A model generated the notes under the pieces. The model had not been told where the DNA came from. It saw nothing but the letters and a program-made list of their open reading frames with translations, and made no database searches. Positions 26,854 to 36,158 of a DNA stretch of 64,000 nucleotides are shown piece by piece. The first letter of the stretch is position 1; every line of letters starts with the position of its first letter. Both the position numbers and the translations under genes were made by a program. Source of the DNA: a virus; IMG/VR virus record IMGVR_UViG_3300006310_000001. The stretch is one strand, 5' to 3'.

Positions 26854-27003
26854 CTATTCCTCTACGGAATTCTTTTTAAATGCTTCACAATTACCACTAC
26901 CAATACAATCAAAAAATTTCTCCATTGCATTCAGTTCAGTTTTTGGTTTTGTACAACCCATAAAAGTTAGCATTATTAATATTATTAAACTATTTCTTAT
27001 CAT
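26854..27003 (-). CDS. small lipoprotein (49 aa)
   Basis: Manually read MIRNSLIILIMLTFMGCTKPK...; lipobox FMGC. Confidence 0.5.
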   Translation of the reverse strand: MIRNSLIILIMLTFMGCTKPKTELNAMEKFFDCIGSGNCEAFKKNSVEE

Positions 27004-27496
27004 CATCACCGTTCAAATCCATATCAGACTCAAACATATCTGATCCATCTTGTAAATCATTTAACTCTTCTTTAAATTCTTTATTAAAAACATTTGGTCG
27101 TTTTGCTTTTGGCATAAAAGCTGAATAATCAATCCTGGCAGCGGATGCTTTACCCATTCTATTAAATTTTATCATTACCATTTTATCTGCCATTAATTGA
27201 GCGGCGTGTGCCATATCAAAATCTCTATAAATTAAACCTCTTATACAATCAATAACTAACGCAAGGTCTTTAGTAAATGATTGTTTTGAAGTCTTTAATC
27301 CCATTTCATTAAATTTTCTTAATAAATCAAATCCAATTTCATCTACACTATGTTCAATAAACTCTCTAGTTTGTTGCTCTTTTAATCGTTTTGTAAATGG
27401 GGATTCTTGTGGTTTTGTAATTCTCTTTTTAATTCTATTTTCAGGAAATAAAATTAAATTATTTTTATCTTTATCTTTAGTCACGTGTAATCTCAC
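26990..27496 (-). CDS. hypothetical protein
   Basis: 168 aa coupled ORF. Confidence 0.7.
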   Translation of the reverse strand: MRLHVTKDKDKNNLILFPENRIKKRITKPQESPFTKRLKEQQTREFIEHSVDEIGFDLLRKFNEMGLKTSKQSFTKDLALVIDCIRGLIYRDFDMAHAAQLMADKMVMIKFNRMGKASAARIDYSAFMPKAKRPNVFNKEFKEELNDLQDGSDMFESDMDLNGDDDKK

Positions 27497-27764
27497 CTTT
27501 ATAATTCACTATTCCTTTATTATTAAAATATTCTATAAGTTGATTATATCCACCGACTAGTTCGCCATCTATTTTGATTTGAGGCATTGCTCTTACTTTT
27601 TTACCAATGTCCTTAATCATTTCGTCAACAGACGAAAATTCTTCTAATTTCTTTTCTGTATAAGTTAGACCAAGGCCTTTTATCAAGGCCTTTGCCTTTA
27701 CACAGTATACACAATTTTGTTTTGTATATACTGTGATATCTTTAATTGCTAACTTCTTTATCAT
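27477..27764 (-). CDS. glutaredoxin
   Basis: VYTKQNCVYCVKAK, MPQIKIDGELVGGY. Confidence 0.92.
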   Translation of the reverse strand: MIKKLAIKDITVYTKQNCVYCVKAKALIKGLGLTYTEKKLEEFSSVDEMIKDIGKKVRAMPQIKIDGELVGGYNQLIEYFNNKGIVNYKGEITRD

Positions 27765-28365
27765 TGTTATCTTCCTCTTTCATAAGATTTTCAAATGATT
27801 TGTTAGCGTGATACTTTAAGTTATAAGCGTCTGTTGCTTGAGCAATTGTATAGTTGAACATTTTATTATATTCACCTAATGGCAATCTCAAACCGATCCA
27901 AGCTCTATAGTAACCGTTCTTTGTTAAGGTTACGTCTTGAGCAAAAATCTCATATCCTCTAACTGGTGTATCTTTAATAATATTGACCAATACAGATTCT
28001 ACTTCACTAACAACTGTCTTACTGTTTGATTTTCCAATTTCAGTAATAAATTGTTTTGACTCTTTATTCATCTCCCCTTTGATAATGTCTGCTATTTCAG
28101 CTTTCGCTATCATTTTAGCTTTCTCAATTGCGAGATTCAAGTCTGGTGAAACGCTAGTACCAACTCCAAATATACATTGCTTTTCCTTCTCTTTACCGAA
28201 TCGTGCTATATCACACGCTTCTTTTTCAGAAAAATCAGCCATATACCATTTTGGAACAGTATTAACTACTTTACCTTTTTCACTTTTGATTTTATAATTG
28301 CCTGCACAATTAGTCAATAATAGACCAAGTACTGCAACTGATAAAATCTTAATGTATTTGTTCAT
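27742..28365 (-). CDS. LPP20-like lipoprotein
   Basis: Lipobox LTNC; VPKWY; GVGTSVSPDLNLAIEKAKMIAKAEIA. Confidence 0.7.
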   Translation of the reverse strand: MNKYIKILSVAVLGLLLTNCAGNYKIKSEKGKVVNTVPKWYMADFSEKEACDIARFGKEKEKQCIFGVGTSVSPDLNLAIEKAKMIAKAEIADIIKGEMNKESKQFITEIGKSNSKTVVSEVESVLVNIIKDTPVRGYEIFAQDVTLTKNGYYRAWIGLRLPLGEYNKMFNYTIAQATDAYNLKYHANKSFENLMKEEDNNDKEVSN

Positions 28366-28508
28366 TAGTTTTTCACACTCCTTTGTACATTATATAACAG
28401 TTCTTGCAATAAGTCAATGCTAGATTGAGCATAACCCAAAAATTCTGTAGCACTTACTCCATATACAATAACTAATAGGAGAGCAATTATGATAATATTC
28501 TTTATCAT
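28365..28508 (-). CDS. small membrane protein (47 aa)
   Basis: Manually read MIKNIIIIALLLVIVYG... Confidence 0.5.
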   Translation of the reverse strand: MIKNIIIIALLLVIVYGVSATEFLGYAQSSIDLLQELLYNVQRSVKN

Positions 28509-28948
28509 TTCTTTACCTTCCATTCTCCGTCCTGATTTAAGCACACTTTTCCGAACGATTTAAAAGCGTGTTTTTTTCTACTGTAATATCTACAATACTC
28601 TGGTGTAGCTACATCACGGTAGTAAAACTGAGCAAACAACTCCCAATAACTAGGAGTGTCAATTCCTTTTCTTCCATCGGAGCAATATAACTCTTCTTCT
28701 TTAGATATCACTCCATCTTTTTCTTTAATTAATATTTTAACAAAACAATACTGTTCAGTATCATTTTTAACTTCTCTAACATTGTCATATAAAATTTTAC
28801 CTGTTTCTAATTTTATAGTACTAGTTTTTTTAAATGCGTCTTTATTTAAATCACAATCAACACACGCTTGAGCACCGCTTACTGCATATGCACATAATAA
28901 TAATACTATTAATATTGTTGTTGCTACAATTTTATCTGGATTTTGCAT
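28505..28948 (-). CDS. secreted Cys-rich hypothetical protein
   Basis: Signal peptide; six Cys; C-terminal GKVCLNQDGEW similar to the neighbour's C-terminus. Confidence 0.7.
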   Translation of the reverse strand: MQNPDKIVATTILIVLLLCAYAVSGAQACVDCDLNKDAFKKTSTIKLETGKILYDNVREVKNDTEQYCFVKILIKEKDGVISKEEELYCSDGRKGIDTPSYWELFAQFYYRDVATPEYCRYYSRKKHAFKSFGKVCLNQDGEWKVKK

Positions 28949-29550
28949 TATTGAAACCTCTTATCAGGAAAATATTTCATATAATAAGCATTTATTTCGT
29001 AAATATTCTTGTCTGTTGCTGATTCAACGTCAATATCAGCTCTTAATCCATCTGGTTTTTCTATCCAAGTTCCATCTGGCAACTGACAAGCAGTTCCAAA
29101 ATTAACTTCTCTATTAACTCCACCAATACCTATCATTGGCCAACTATTTGTAATATCTGTAGTAGTGTCATAATCTTTACATTTAAGTGGTCCAATTGTA
29201 AATGACCTTGTTATGTGTATAATTCCACCATTACCTGTTTTTGAATTATACCAGTTCGTATATGAAGAACCATTTGGACTTGTATTCAAATGGTCTACAA
29301 ATACGGCATTGTGTATATCTTTATCACTCTTATACATTAATTCTGCACCGACAAAAGCAGTACTGACAGCACACGTAGCAATCAAATAGGGATTATCTCC
29401 CAAGTACTCTAAACACATTGTTGTTCCTGTTGTTGATCCCAACACAGCACCCATATGTGACCTGTTAGCACAATTTGTTAGTAGTAAACTAACTAGTAAA
29501 ATCCATATTATTCTTGCGTATCTCATTACATATTTTCTGACTATTAACAC
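28948..29550 (-). CDS. 17 kDa surface antigen-like (RT0821/Lpp0805-type) lipoprotein
   Basis: Lipobox LTNC, glycine-zipper-like GAVLGSTTG, W.N.KTGNGG.., C.., GTACQLPDGTW. Confidence 0.72.
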   Translation of the reverse strand: MLIVRKYVMRYARIIWILLVSLLLTNCANRSHMGAVLGSTTGTTMCLEYLGDNPYLIATCAVSTAFVGAELMYKSDKDIHNAVFVDHLNTSPNGSSYTNWYNSKTGNGGIIHITRSFTIGPLKCKDYDTTTDITNSWPMIGIGGVNREVNFGTACQLPDGTWIEKPDGLRADIDVESATDKNIYEINAYYMKYFPDKRFQ

Positions 29551-29698
29551 TCTTAACTATGTAATAGTCTTCGTTATTATCAATAACATAATTATTAAAA
29601 CCCTTTTCCTGCCAGAACGTATGTGCTCTAGCAGTAATAGGTCTGAAATAATGTGTACCGTCATTGGCACTTGTACAAACAAAATCTCCGTATGCCAT
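29489..29698 (-). CDS. small hypothetical protein
   Basis: 69 aa ORF. Confidence 0.55.
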   Translation of the reverse strand: MAYGDFVCTSANDGTHYFRPITARAHTFWQEKGFNNYVIDNNEDYYIVKSVNSQKICNEIRKNNMDFTS

Positions 29699-29883
29699 TA
29701 TTTCACTCTTTTCTTTAATACCAAAGGTTTGCCCATTTTTGTATTACCAATGTGGCAAATCTCTTTTAATATACTTCTTAAATTTCTAGCAATCTTATAT
29801 AAAAAATAAACCGCTAAAACTTTTAACCCTAGTATTAACCAAGGTTCAAGAGTATATGAAAAATTTACATATAAATCGTTCAT
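29698..29883 (-). CDS. small membrane protein
   Basis: Single TM. Confidence 0.55.
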   Translation of the reverse strand: MNDLYVNFSYTLEPWLILGLKVLAVYFLYKIARNLRSILKEICHIGNTKMGKPLVLKKRVK

Positions 29884-30095
29884 TAGTTACTCCAGTTCAA
29901 CATTTTTTTAAATTTCGCAATAGTACTAGCAATTTGGTTTTTACCATCTTCCCATTGTACTTTTTGAAATTCAATTGTAGTTGCTTTCTCATTAGCAAAC
30001 CACGTATTTACTGCATTAATCTTATCTTCAACGGCTCCTGCATTAGCAGACGTTGATAGTATAATTAACACTAGTATTGACATTATAGTTTTCAT
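29883..30095 (-). CDS. small secreted protein
   Basis: Signal peptide ending ANA. Confidence 0.6.
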   Translation of the reverse strand: MKTIMSILVLIILSTSANAGAVEDKINAVNTWFANEKATTIEFQKVQWEDGKNQIASTIAKFKKMLNWSN

Positions 30096-30110
30096 AATAT
30101 TCTCCTTCTA

Positions 30111-30440
30111 TTAATGTACACTTACCTTTTTAAACGGTTCAATTCTATCTTTTGATTTATAAACCGTTTCCATTATTCCGTCATAGTCTGCACTAGGCAT
30201 TACTGACTTCATAATTTTTAATGTTTGACCCAAAATTGTCATCTGAACCATTACTGGATCATTAACTTTTTCTGTTTCTATTCTTACCCATTCGTGAAAA
30301 TCATCACAAACGGTTTGCATTGGGTCAAAAATTTCTTTAAACTTTGGCATATTATCTTTTATAACTTCTATTCTTTCTTCTACTTCTATAATATGAATCT
30401 TCTCCTCCGTCATCATCTTTTTCTGATTCAGAAGTTTCAA
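30111..30440 (-). CDS. hypothetical protein
   Basis: 109 aa ORF. Confidence 0.6.
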   Translation of the reverse strand: MKLLNQKKMMTEEKIHIIEVEERIEVIKDNMPKFKEIFDPMQTVCDDFHEWVRIETEKVNDPVMVQMTILGQTLKIMKSVMPSADYDGIMETVYKSKDRIEPFKKVSVH

Positions 30441-30729
30441 AACTCATTTGTTCAGCATATGTTCTGCCGAATACTGATTTATAGAAATGGTCTCTTGGAC
30501 TTTCAGAAGAATAAGCAGTTATTAAACTGTCCCACTTAATATCGCAATCGTATAAACCTGGGTCTTTCTCATTTAGTTCTTTATGGTCTTTACAAAACTG
30601 CAATCTGTTTGTATGGATATCGTCTTCTTTTTCTTCTTGTGTTTTCTTGTCTGATAGTTCAATGTCTTTTTGTTTTGCAACATTAAACTCTTTGTAGATG
30701 TTCTCTTTATTGTATATCACCGTACTCAT
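30352..30729 (-). CDS. hypothetical early protein
   Basis: Probable start MSTVIY; sigma70 promoter upstream. Confidence 0.65.
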   Translation of the reverse strand: MSTVIYNKENIYKEFNVAKQKDIELSDKKTQEEKEDDIHTNRLQFCKDHKELNEKDPGLYDCDIKWDSLITAYSSESPRDHFYKSVFGRTYAEQMSFETSESEKDDDGGEDSYYRSRRKNRSYKR

Positions 30730-30757
30730 AATGTATATTCCTTTCTCAATTGTATTA

Positions 30758-30786
30758 ATATTAACATAAAACGTGCTAAATGTCAA
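30758..30786 (-). promoter_or_regulatory. sigma70-type promoter TTGACA-N17-TAATAT
   Basis: Consensus -35, 17 nt spacer. Confidence 0.65.
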
Positions 30787-30890
30787 TCCCTAAATTATGC
30801 TCTATTTTACTCGTTTTCCTGCATTTCCAACGCTCTAGCAAGGGTGCTGGTGAGCTTTTCCAACTGCTTTGATAGTCTGCTATAGCGGGA

Positions 30891-31061
30891 TTATTCATCT
30901 TTTTCGTCTGTTATCTTGTCTATTTTATTCATTAGTCTTTTAGTTCTACCCAATAATCTATCAATTATTGTACTCATTTCATTTGATAGAATTATCATAT
31001 AAACTAAACATCCCATTGAAATTATAAACAGGATTAACAATATCATTCCGTTTCCGTCCAT
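30891..31061 (-). CDS. small membrane protein (56 aa)
   Basis: Manually read MDGNGMILLILFIISMGCLVYMIIL... Confidence 0.5.
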   Translation of the reverse strand: MDGNGMILLILFIISMGCLVYMIILSNEMSTIIDRLLGRTKRLMNKIDKITDEKDE

Positions 31062-31062
31062 A

Positions 31063-31389
31063 TTATTTTCCTATTGCCATTTCGTTTTCCAATTGTAGCA
31101 TTGTATCTATAATTGAATCTTCTGGTTCTGGTTTTACTAGTTTCATATACTTTTCGCCTCCTATTCTTTGTGTTAAATCTTTTTTTAATATATGTTGTCT
31201 TACTTCTTCTCTTTGGTCTTCATTACTTAAAAACTCTACTGGTTTCCAGTCTGTACTGTGAATAGATATATTCATATCATTTACATCATAGTAAAAATTC
31301 ATTTTTTTGTATATAATCTTATTACTTACCATATATTTGCTGTTAAAATTAAAATAATCATTGTTGGCACAACTATTGTCATTGGCCAA
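31063..31389 (-). CDS. hypothetical protein
   Basis: 108 aa ORF; true start may be internal. Confidence 0.5.
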   Translation of the reverse strand: MANDNSCANNDYFNFNSKYMVSNKIIYKKMNFYYDVNDMNISIHSTDWKPVEFLSNEDQREEVRQHILKKDLTQRIGGEKYMKLVKPEPEDSIIDTMLQLENEMAIGK

Positions 31390-31429
31390 AAATCTAATAA
31401 TTCTAATATAAGTTTTTTTGTTTTCTTTT

Positions 31430-31756
31430 TCATTTTGTAACTGATAATTCTTTTATTGTTTGTTGTATTTTTTCCATATTAGGTTCCATTAAAGTGGATC
31501 CGTTTTCTTCACTATTGATTAATAAAACAATATAGTGTATTGCTTTATATAAATCTAATTTGTTTCTTCCGTCTTTTTTACCATATCTCATAAGGTATTT
31601 TATTGCATTTGATAAACTGAAATCTTTATCTATATCTAAATGTCTTAATATGTCTTGTACTTGGAAACCTTCTTTAGTAGTTGAATAATGTTTAGAATAA
31701 GTTGTCTTAATATATTCTAATACTTCTTTTAATATTTTATCTTCTTTATATTTCAT
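31430..31756 (-). CDS. DUF3310-like protein (T7 gp1.7-like nucleotide kinase family)
   Basis: HY..., SNAIKYLMRYGKKDG..DLYKAIHY. Confidence 0.75.
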   Translation of the reverse strand: MKYKEDKILKEVLEYIKTTYSKHYSTTKEGFQVQDILRHLDIDKDFSLSNAIKYLMRYGKKDGRNKLDLYKAIHYIVLLINSEENGSTLMEPNMEKIQQTIKELSVTK

Positions 31757-31917
31757 TAGTCAGTATCTCCATTATTTAAATCTCTTAATGATTGTTGAAC
31801 AGTTGTTAATTTTTCTTTTTTCTTCTCTTTACTTCCGTAATTATACGCAAGGAAAAACCCAACTATTGTTAAGGTCATTCCGATTGTAAATAATAATACT
31901 GCGTATCCGATTGTCAT
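31756..31917 (-). CDS. small membrane protein (53 aa)
   Basis: Manually read MTIGYAVLLFTIGMTLTIVGFFLAY... Confidence 0.5.
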   Translation of the reverse strand: MTIGYAVLLFTIGMTLTIVGFFLAYNYGSKEKKKEKLTTVQQSLRDLNNGDTD

Positions 31918-32333
31918 TGGTTTAATGCTACTTTCAAATCGTCAAGTGGTGATTCTTCTTTATCAACAACTTTACCGTCTGCTGTAACTATATCATTTTC
32001 TAAAGCGTATGTGTCTAACTCAACATCACCGTTTTCTATGGCATTTTCTAAACCGTCATAGTCATCATAAACAACTTTTGCAACATATTCAGTTTTATCT
32101 GAATCTGTATAATTGGCGTCTGTCATATAGGTTTCAACACCGTTTTTTTCTTCTGCTAAGTCTTTATTGATTTTACTATAATCAATTCCGCAATCACTTA
32201 ATTTAGTGTCTGCTTCTTCTTGATTTTTAGCAAGACAATCTTGTTCTATGCATAAAGTATAATAAGTTTTCTTTCTGTATAGGTTTTTACCGATATCGTC
32301 TTTTCCGATATATTGGTCTGTTATATTACTCAT
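31914..32333 (-). CDS. acidic hypothetical protein
   Basis: 139 aa coupled ORF. Confidence 0.65.
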   Translation of the reverse strand: MSNITDQYIGKDDIGKNLYRKKTYYTLCIEQDCLAKNQEEADTKLSDCGIDYSKINKDLAEEKNGVETYMTDANYTDSDKTEYVAKVVYDDYDGLENAIENGDVELDTYALENDIVTADGKVVDKEESPLDDLKVALNQ

Positions 32334-32569
32334 ATTGTTCCTCCGTTTCTTAATTGTTGTACTTGATTTTGTCTATCTGCAATTGTAAGGTCAATCCACT
32401 CTTCTATATTATCAGGAGAGTCTAGTCCTTCCATTGCAATGTTATAATTTGTTTCATTAAGTTTCTTTAAAGCAACTTCTTTAGTCATTTCACCGTCTAA
32501 TAACTTGCTTTCAACTTTACTTAAAAATTCAGTTGCTTGGTCCCAAGCGAGATTTTTAGTTGCACTCAT
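32330..32569 (-). CDS. hypothetical protein
   Basis: 79 aa coupled ORF. Confidence 0.65.
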   Translation of the reverse strand: MSATKNLAWDQATEFLSKVESKLLDGEMTKEVALKKLNETNYNIAMEGLDSPDNIEEWIDLTIADRQNQVQQLRNGGTI

Positions 32570-33024
32570 TAGTTTAGTCCTTTCATTTGTTCTACTTTTC
32601 TTTTTATTGGGTTTAATTTATATGTTAATTCTTTATTAAAATCTTTTCTGAAAGATTGTCTGTCATAAGATTGACCGTAATCATTAAACATTGATTTATT
32701 GTCTTCTGCAACATCACCGAATACTTGTTCATATGTTTTATAATATTCATCTTGGTCTATTAATTCAACTTTAGTTACGTTTTGAAAGTTAACAGCAGGT
32801 TCTTTATAATTCCAATCACAATATTTAAGAATTTTCATCTTCATAGATTTTGTATTGAATTTGTCTTTGAATTTATATGGAACGTTTCTATAGATAGTTT
32901 CGTATGCATAAAAGAATTCTTGGTCATCTGGATCAATATATTCTCTTAAATAAACTACATTAAAAGTATAGTCAACGTCATTTAATTTTACTTGATTTGT
33001 TTTTTTCATAGTGTTTATTTTCAT
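32569..33024 (-). CDS. hypothetical early protein
   Basis: 151 aa; first gene after a sigma70 promoter. Confidence 0.65.
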   Translation of the reverse strand: MKINTMKKTNQVKLNDVDYTFNVVYLREYIDPDDQEFFYAYETIYRNVPYKFKDKFNTKSMKMKILKYCDWNYKEPAVNFQNVTKVELIDQDEYYKTYEQVFGDVAEDNKSMFNDYGQSYDRQSFRKDFNKELTYKLNPIKRKVEQMKGLN

Positions 33025-33035
33025 AGTATGTGTAT

Positions 33036-33064
33036 ACTATACAGGAGTTTTTCGGGAGAGTCAA
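33036..33064 (-). promoter_or_regulatory. sigma70-type early promoter TTGACT-N17-TATAGT
   Basis: 17 nt spacer, just upstream of the ATG. Confidence 0.75.
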
Positions 33065-33120
33065 TAGTTAATTTACGTTGATTTTACTGACTTTTTAGAG
33101 ATATTTGTTCTTGTTTTGTT

Positions 33121-33798
33121 CTAATTCCACAATTTCTTGACCCATTCTTGGTCTGAATCGTGTGGTAAAGGTCTTCCGTGAAATACTGCAACTTTCGCTT
33201 TTTCTTTCTTTTCAAACTTCCAACCTGACTTATGAAATCTAGGGTCTTTTCTACTATGCCATTTATAAGAATATGTCCATTCGTCTGGCATAACCTTTAA
33301 ATTCTTACTATTTTTAACTAATTTGGACATTGCGTTTTGGTCACCTTGCAATTTCATTAAATTAGATTTATCTTCTAAAAACTTATTCCATACTAATTTA
33401 GTTGCAACTTCATTATTGAATTTCATTATACTTGAATTATACTCTTTCGTTGCTAGGTTGAAATCGTTTATTACACCAAATGTCATATCATCACCAAATG
33501 TCGCTAATTCATTGATGTTATCTAAAATCACTACATCTAAATCCATATATAAACAAGGACCTTTTAATTCTGACTCTTCTCTAAATAACTGCATTTTATT
33601 CCACCAACCGTCATAAGTTGAATCTCTAAACTTTCTAAATTCTATGTCACCTTTTAATATCTTTTGAGGTTTTACGTGGTCTGAAAAACATATAAACTTA
33701 TGGGGTATGGTTAAATGTCTTTTAACCATATTGTATAGCACTTGTACATAATCTAGTGAATACTTTGTTCCATAATATACACAGCAAAAATTTATCAT
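33121..33798 (-). CDS. GT-A fold glycosyltransferase
   Basis: WWNKMQLF, LYMDLDVVI (DxD), YNSSIM, GDQ, VFHG.P.PH. Confidence 0.82.
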   Translation of the reverse strand: MINFCCVYYGTKYSLDYVQVLYNMVKRHLTIPHKFICFSDHVKPQKILKGDIEFRKFRDSTYDGWWNKMQLFREESELKGPCLYMDLDVVILDNINELATFGDDMTFGVINDFNLATKEYNSSIMKFNNEVATKLVWNKFLEDKSNLMKLQGDQNAMSKLVKNSKNLKVMPDEWTYSYKWHSRKDPRFHKSGWKFEKKEKAKVAVFHGRPLPHDSDQEWVKKLWN

Positions 33799-34310
33799 AC
33801 ACTATTCCAAGAAATCATTATCCTATCTCCTGGTCCTTTAAAAGGATAAACACAATGTAATAAAGTAGAAGGCCAAACGAAGTAATCTCCATCTTTTGGA
33901 CTCCAACTAAACACTTTATTATTTGATACCCAATTCATATTACCTTGTGGTTGTGTCAATTTAGGTACTTTTAAATAAAGACCACCAGATATACCATTTT
34001 TCACTTCCTGATGACCGTGGAGCATATGGAAATCTCCTTCTCGCATTAAACCTGCCCAAACTTCCATTATTTTTCTATCTTTTGATTCATATTCATAAGT
34101 TATCTTATTAATTAAATCCCATACTTTTTCATTAAAAGGAACCCTTTTCATTTTTCCATTTTGAAGAGTTGTTTTTTGTATCTGTTCTAAAAAATCTCCT
34201 GTATCAGTTTCTTCTTCTAACAAAGCACAAATATAATCTGTTATAGGTACGTCTTTTATATTACCTCGTAACATAGCAATGCCTTCTTCTCCAAATGGTT
34301 TAATTATCAT
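33795..34310 (-). CDS. 2OG-Fe(II) oxygenase-like protein
   Basis: HMLHGH..ISGGLYL..PKDGD..VWPSTLLHCVYP..RIMISWN. Confidence 0.75.
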   Translation of the reverse strand: MIIKPFGEEGIAMLRGNIKDVPITDYICALLEEETDTGDFLEQIQKTTLQNGKMKRVPFNEKVWDLINKITYEYESKDRKIMEVWAGLMREGDFHMLHGHQEVKNGISGGLYLKVPKLTQPQGNMNWVSNNKVFSWSPKDGDYFVWPSTLLHCVYPFKGPGDRIMISWNSV

Positions 34311-35128
34311 ACGTTTTGTTCTTGTAATGTTCTATAAGCAGTTCCATCTGTAATTTCAGATATTGTAAATTGATTTTCTGCAATCATCTTTAACCATTCT
34401 GTTATAGTCTTTCGTCCTGGTCTCATTGGTTTGTTTATAAACTTTATATCTTTTGATGAAACAAATGACGCTATATTTCGTTGATGGCATATTACAGGTA
34501 CTTGATTTAATATTGAATCAATAGCAGATAAACTCATATTGGTTACCAAACAATGAGCATTTTTTAAGTCTTCTTTAATATCTGTATTCCAAAACTCATT
34601 ACCAGGTCTAGGTTTATTTCTAAATCTAACTGGTTTATCTGTATGTTCTGCTATCTGTTTTGTTGCTTGTTCAACCCATTGTGATTGGCTCATACCATTG
34701 ATTTGGTAAGTTACCGTTTCAGAAGAAGGTGCTACTAGTATATGAGTTGTTTCTCCAGTATTCCACCCTTTAAACTGTACATCAATCCCTTGATGCTCTA
34801 GTTTCTGTAATCTTGAACCAGGTCCAACTTTGCACCTAATCGTGTGTATATTACCTTTACATATTCTAAAATATGTCTTATCGTAATCGTGTATTTTAGG
34901 TTCTGGATATCTTGTAATTTGTTGTGTTAAATAACCAACATCTACGTACCACCATTCCTCACCACTCTCCATACATTTACGTATTTCTTTTCTATTCTGT
35001 CCAGCTAACCCCCAAAAAAAGTGAACAGGTTTATCTGTATCAGTCCAACCTTTTTCTATGGCAGGAAATAACTGTTTACTTAAACATTTATCCCAAGGTA
35101 TATTATGCGTTATTATCATAAGTTTCAA
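34307..35128 (-). CDS. GT-B-like / capsule polysaccharide-type protein
   Basis: WWYVDVGY; ILVAPS; VRFRNKP; LKNAHCLVTNMSLSAIDSILNQVPV. Confidence 0.5.
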   Translation of the reverse strand: MKLMIITHNIPWDKCLSKQLFPAIEKGWTDTDKPVHFFWGLAGQNRKEIRKCMESGEEWWYVDVGYLTQQITRYPEPKIHDYDKTYFRICKGNIHTIRCKVGPGSRLQKLEHQGIDVQFKGWNTGETTHILVAPSSETVTYQINGMSQSQWVEQATKQIAEHTDKPVRFRNKPRPGNEFWNTDIKEDLKNAHCLVTNMSLSAIDSILNQVPVICHQRNIASFVSSKDIKFINKPMRPGRKTITEWLKMIAENQFTISEITDGTAYRTLQEQNV

Positions 35129-36158
35129 ATACTGTATTCAATGATTGGTTACATCTAACAAAACTTGCACATTTAGGAATATCTTTTAGTCGTCTTGCAC
35201 CAATATAGGTACAACTTGACCTAACACCCCCTAATATATCTTCTATTGTTTCTTTAACAGCACCTCTATCAGGTAATATTACTGCTCGTCCTTCATTACC
35301 TCTATAACCGTCTTTTCGTTTTCCGTGTACTTCTCTTGCTCTATCAGAAGACATCCCATAAAACTCTCTTTTACCATCTTTACTTTCTACTTCACTTTCA
35401 TTATGTCCTGCTAACATTCCACCTAACATCACAAAATGAGCACCACCACCAAATGCTTTCGCAATATCTCCTGGCATATTACAACCACCATCTGCAACTA
35501 TATGACCACCAACACCATTAGCAGCGTCAGCACACTCTACTACTGCACTAAATTGAGGTACACCTACACCTGCCATTGTTCTTGTTGTACATACACTACC
35601 TGGTCCAATACCTACTTTAACTACGTCTGCACCTTGTATAATTAGTTCTTCGGTCATTTCAGCAGTTACTACATTACCTGCAATTATAGTTTTGTCTGGA
35701 TACTCTTCTCTAACTGCACCAACAAAATCTGAAAAGTTTGTATGGTAACCATTTGCAACATCTACTGTAATAAACTTAACATCTGGAAAACTCTTTAATA
35801 CTTTTTGCATTGTAGTATAATCTTCAGCATTATCATCCCATAATTTACCTGTGCCTGTACATACTGATAGATACTTTAATTTAATACCTTCACCTACTGC
35901 TTTTCTCCATTGTTCTATCGTTGTTGTCTTTGTAATCGTGGTCAACATCTTATACTCTTGTATAACTTTCGCCATACTAAATGTTCCCACTCCATCCATA
36001 TTACTTGCTATTATTGGACAACACTCATATGTTTCACCAGAATTTCTAAATGTAAATGACCTAGTCATTTCTACATCACGTCTTGATGATAATGTTGACC
36101 GTTTAGGTTTCAACAATACGTCTTTATAATCTAATTTTACTTCGTTATCTAATCTCAT
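35103..36158 (-). CDS. guaC: GMP reductase
   Basis: KLDYKDVLLKPKRSTLSSRRDV, PIIASNMDGVGTF, DVANGY, KVGIGPGSVCTTR, FYGMSS, LGGVRSSCTYIGA. Confidence 0.96.
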   Translation of the reverse strand: MRLDNEVKLDYKDVLLKPKRSTLSSRRDVEMTRSFTFRNSGETYECCPIIASNMDGVGTFSMAKVIQEYKMLTTITKTTTIEQWRKAVGEGIKLKYLSVCTGTGKLWDDNAEDYTTMQKVLKSFPDVKFITVDVANGYHTNFSDFVGAVREEYPDKTIIAGNVVTAEMTEELIIQGADVVKVGIGPGSVCTTRTMAGVGVPQFSAVVECADAANGVGGHIVADGGCNMPGDIAKAFGGGAHFVMLGGMLAGHNESEVESKDGKREFYGMSSDRAREVHGKRKDGYRGNEGRAVILPDRGAVKETIEDILGGVRSSCTYIGARRLKDIPKCASFVRCNQSLNTVFETYDNNA

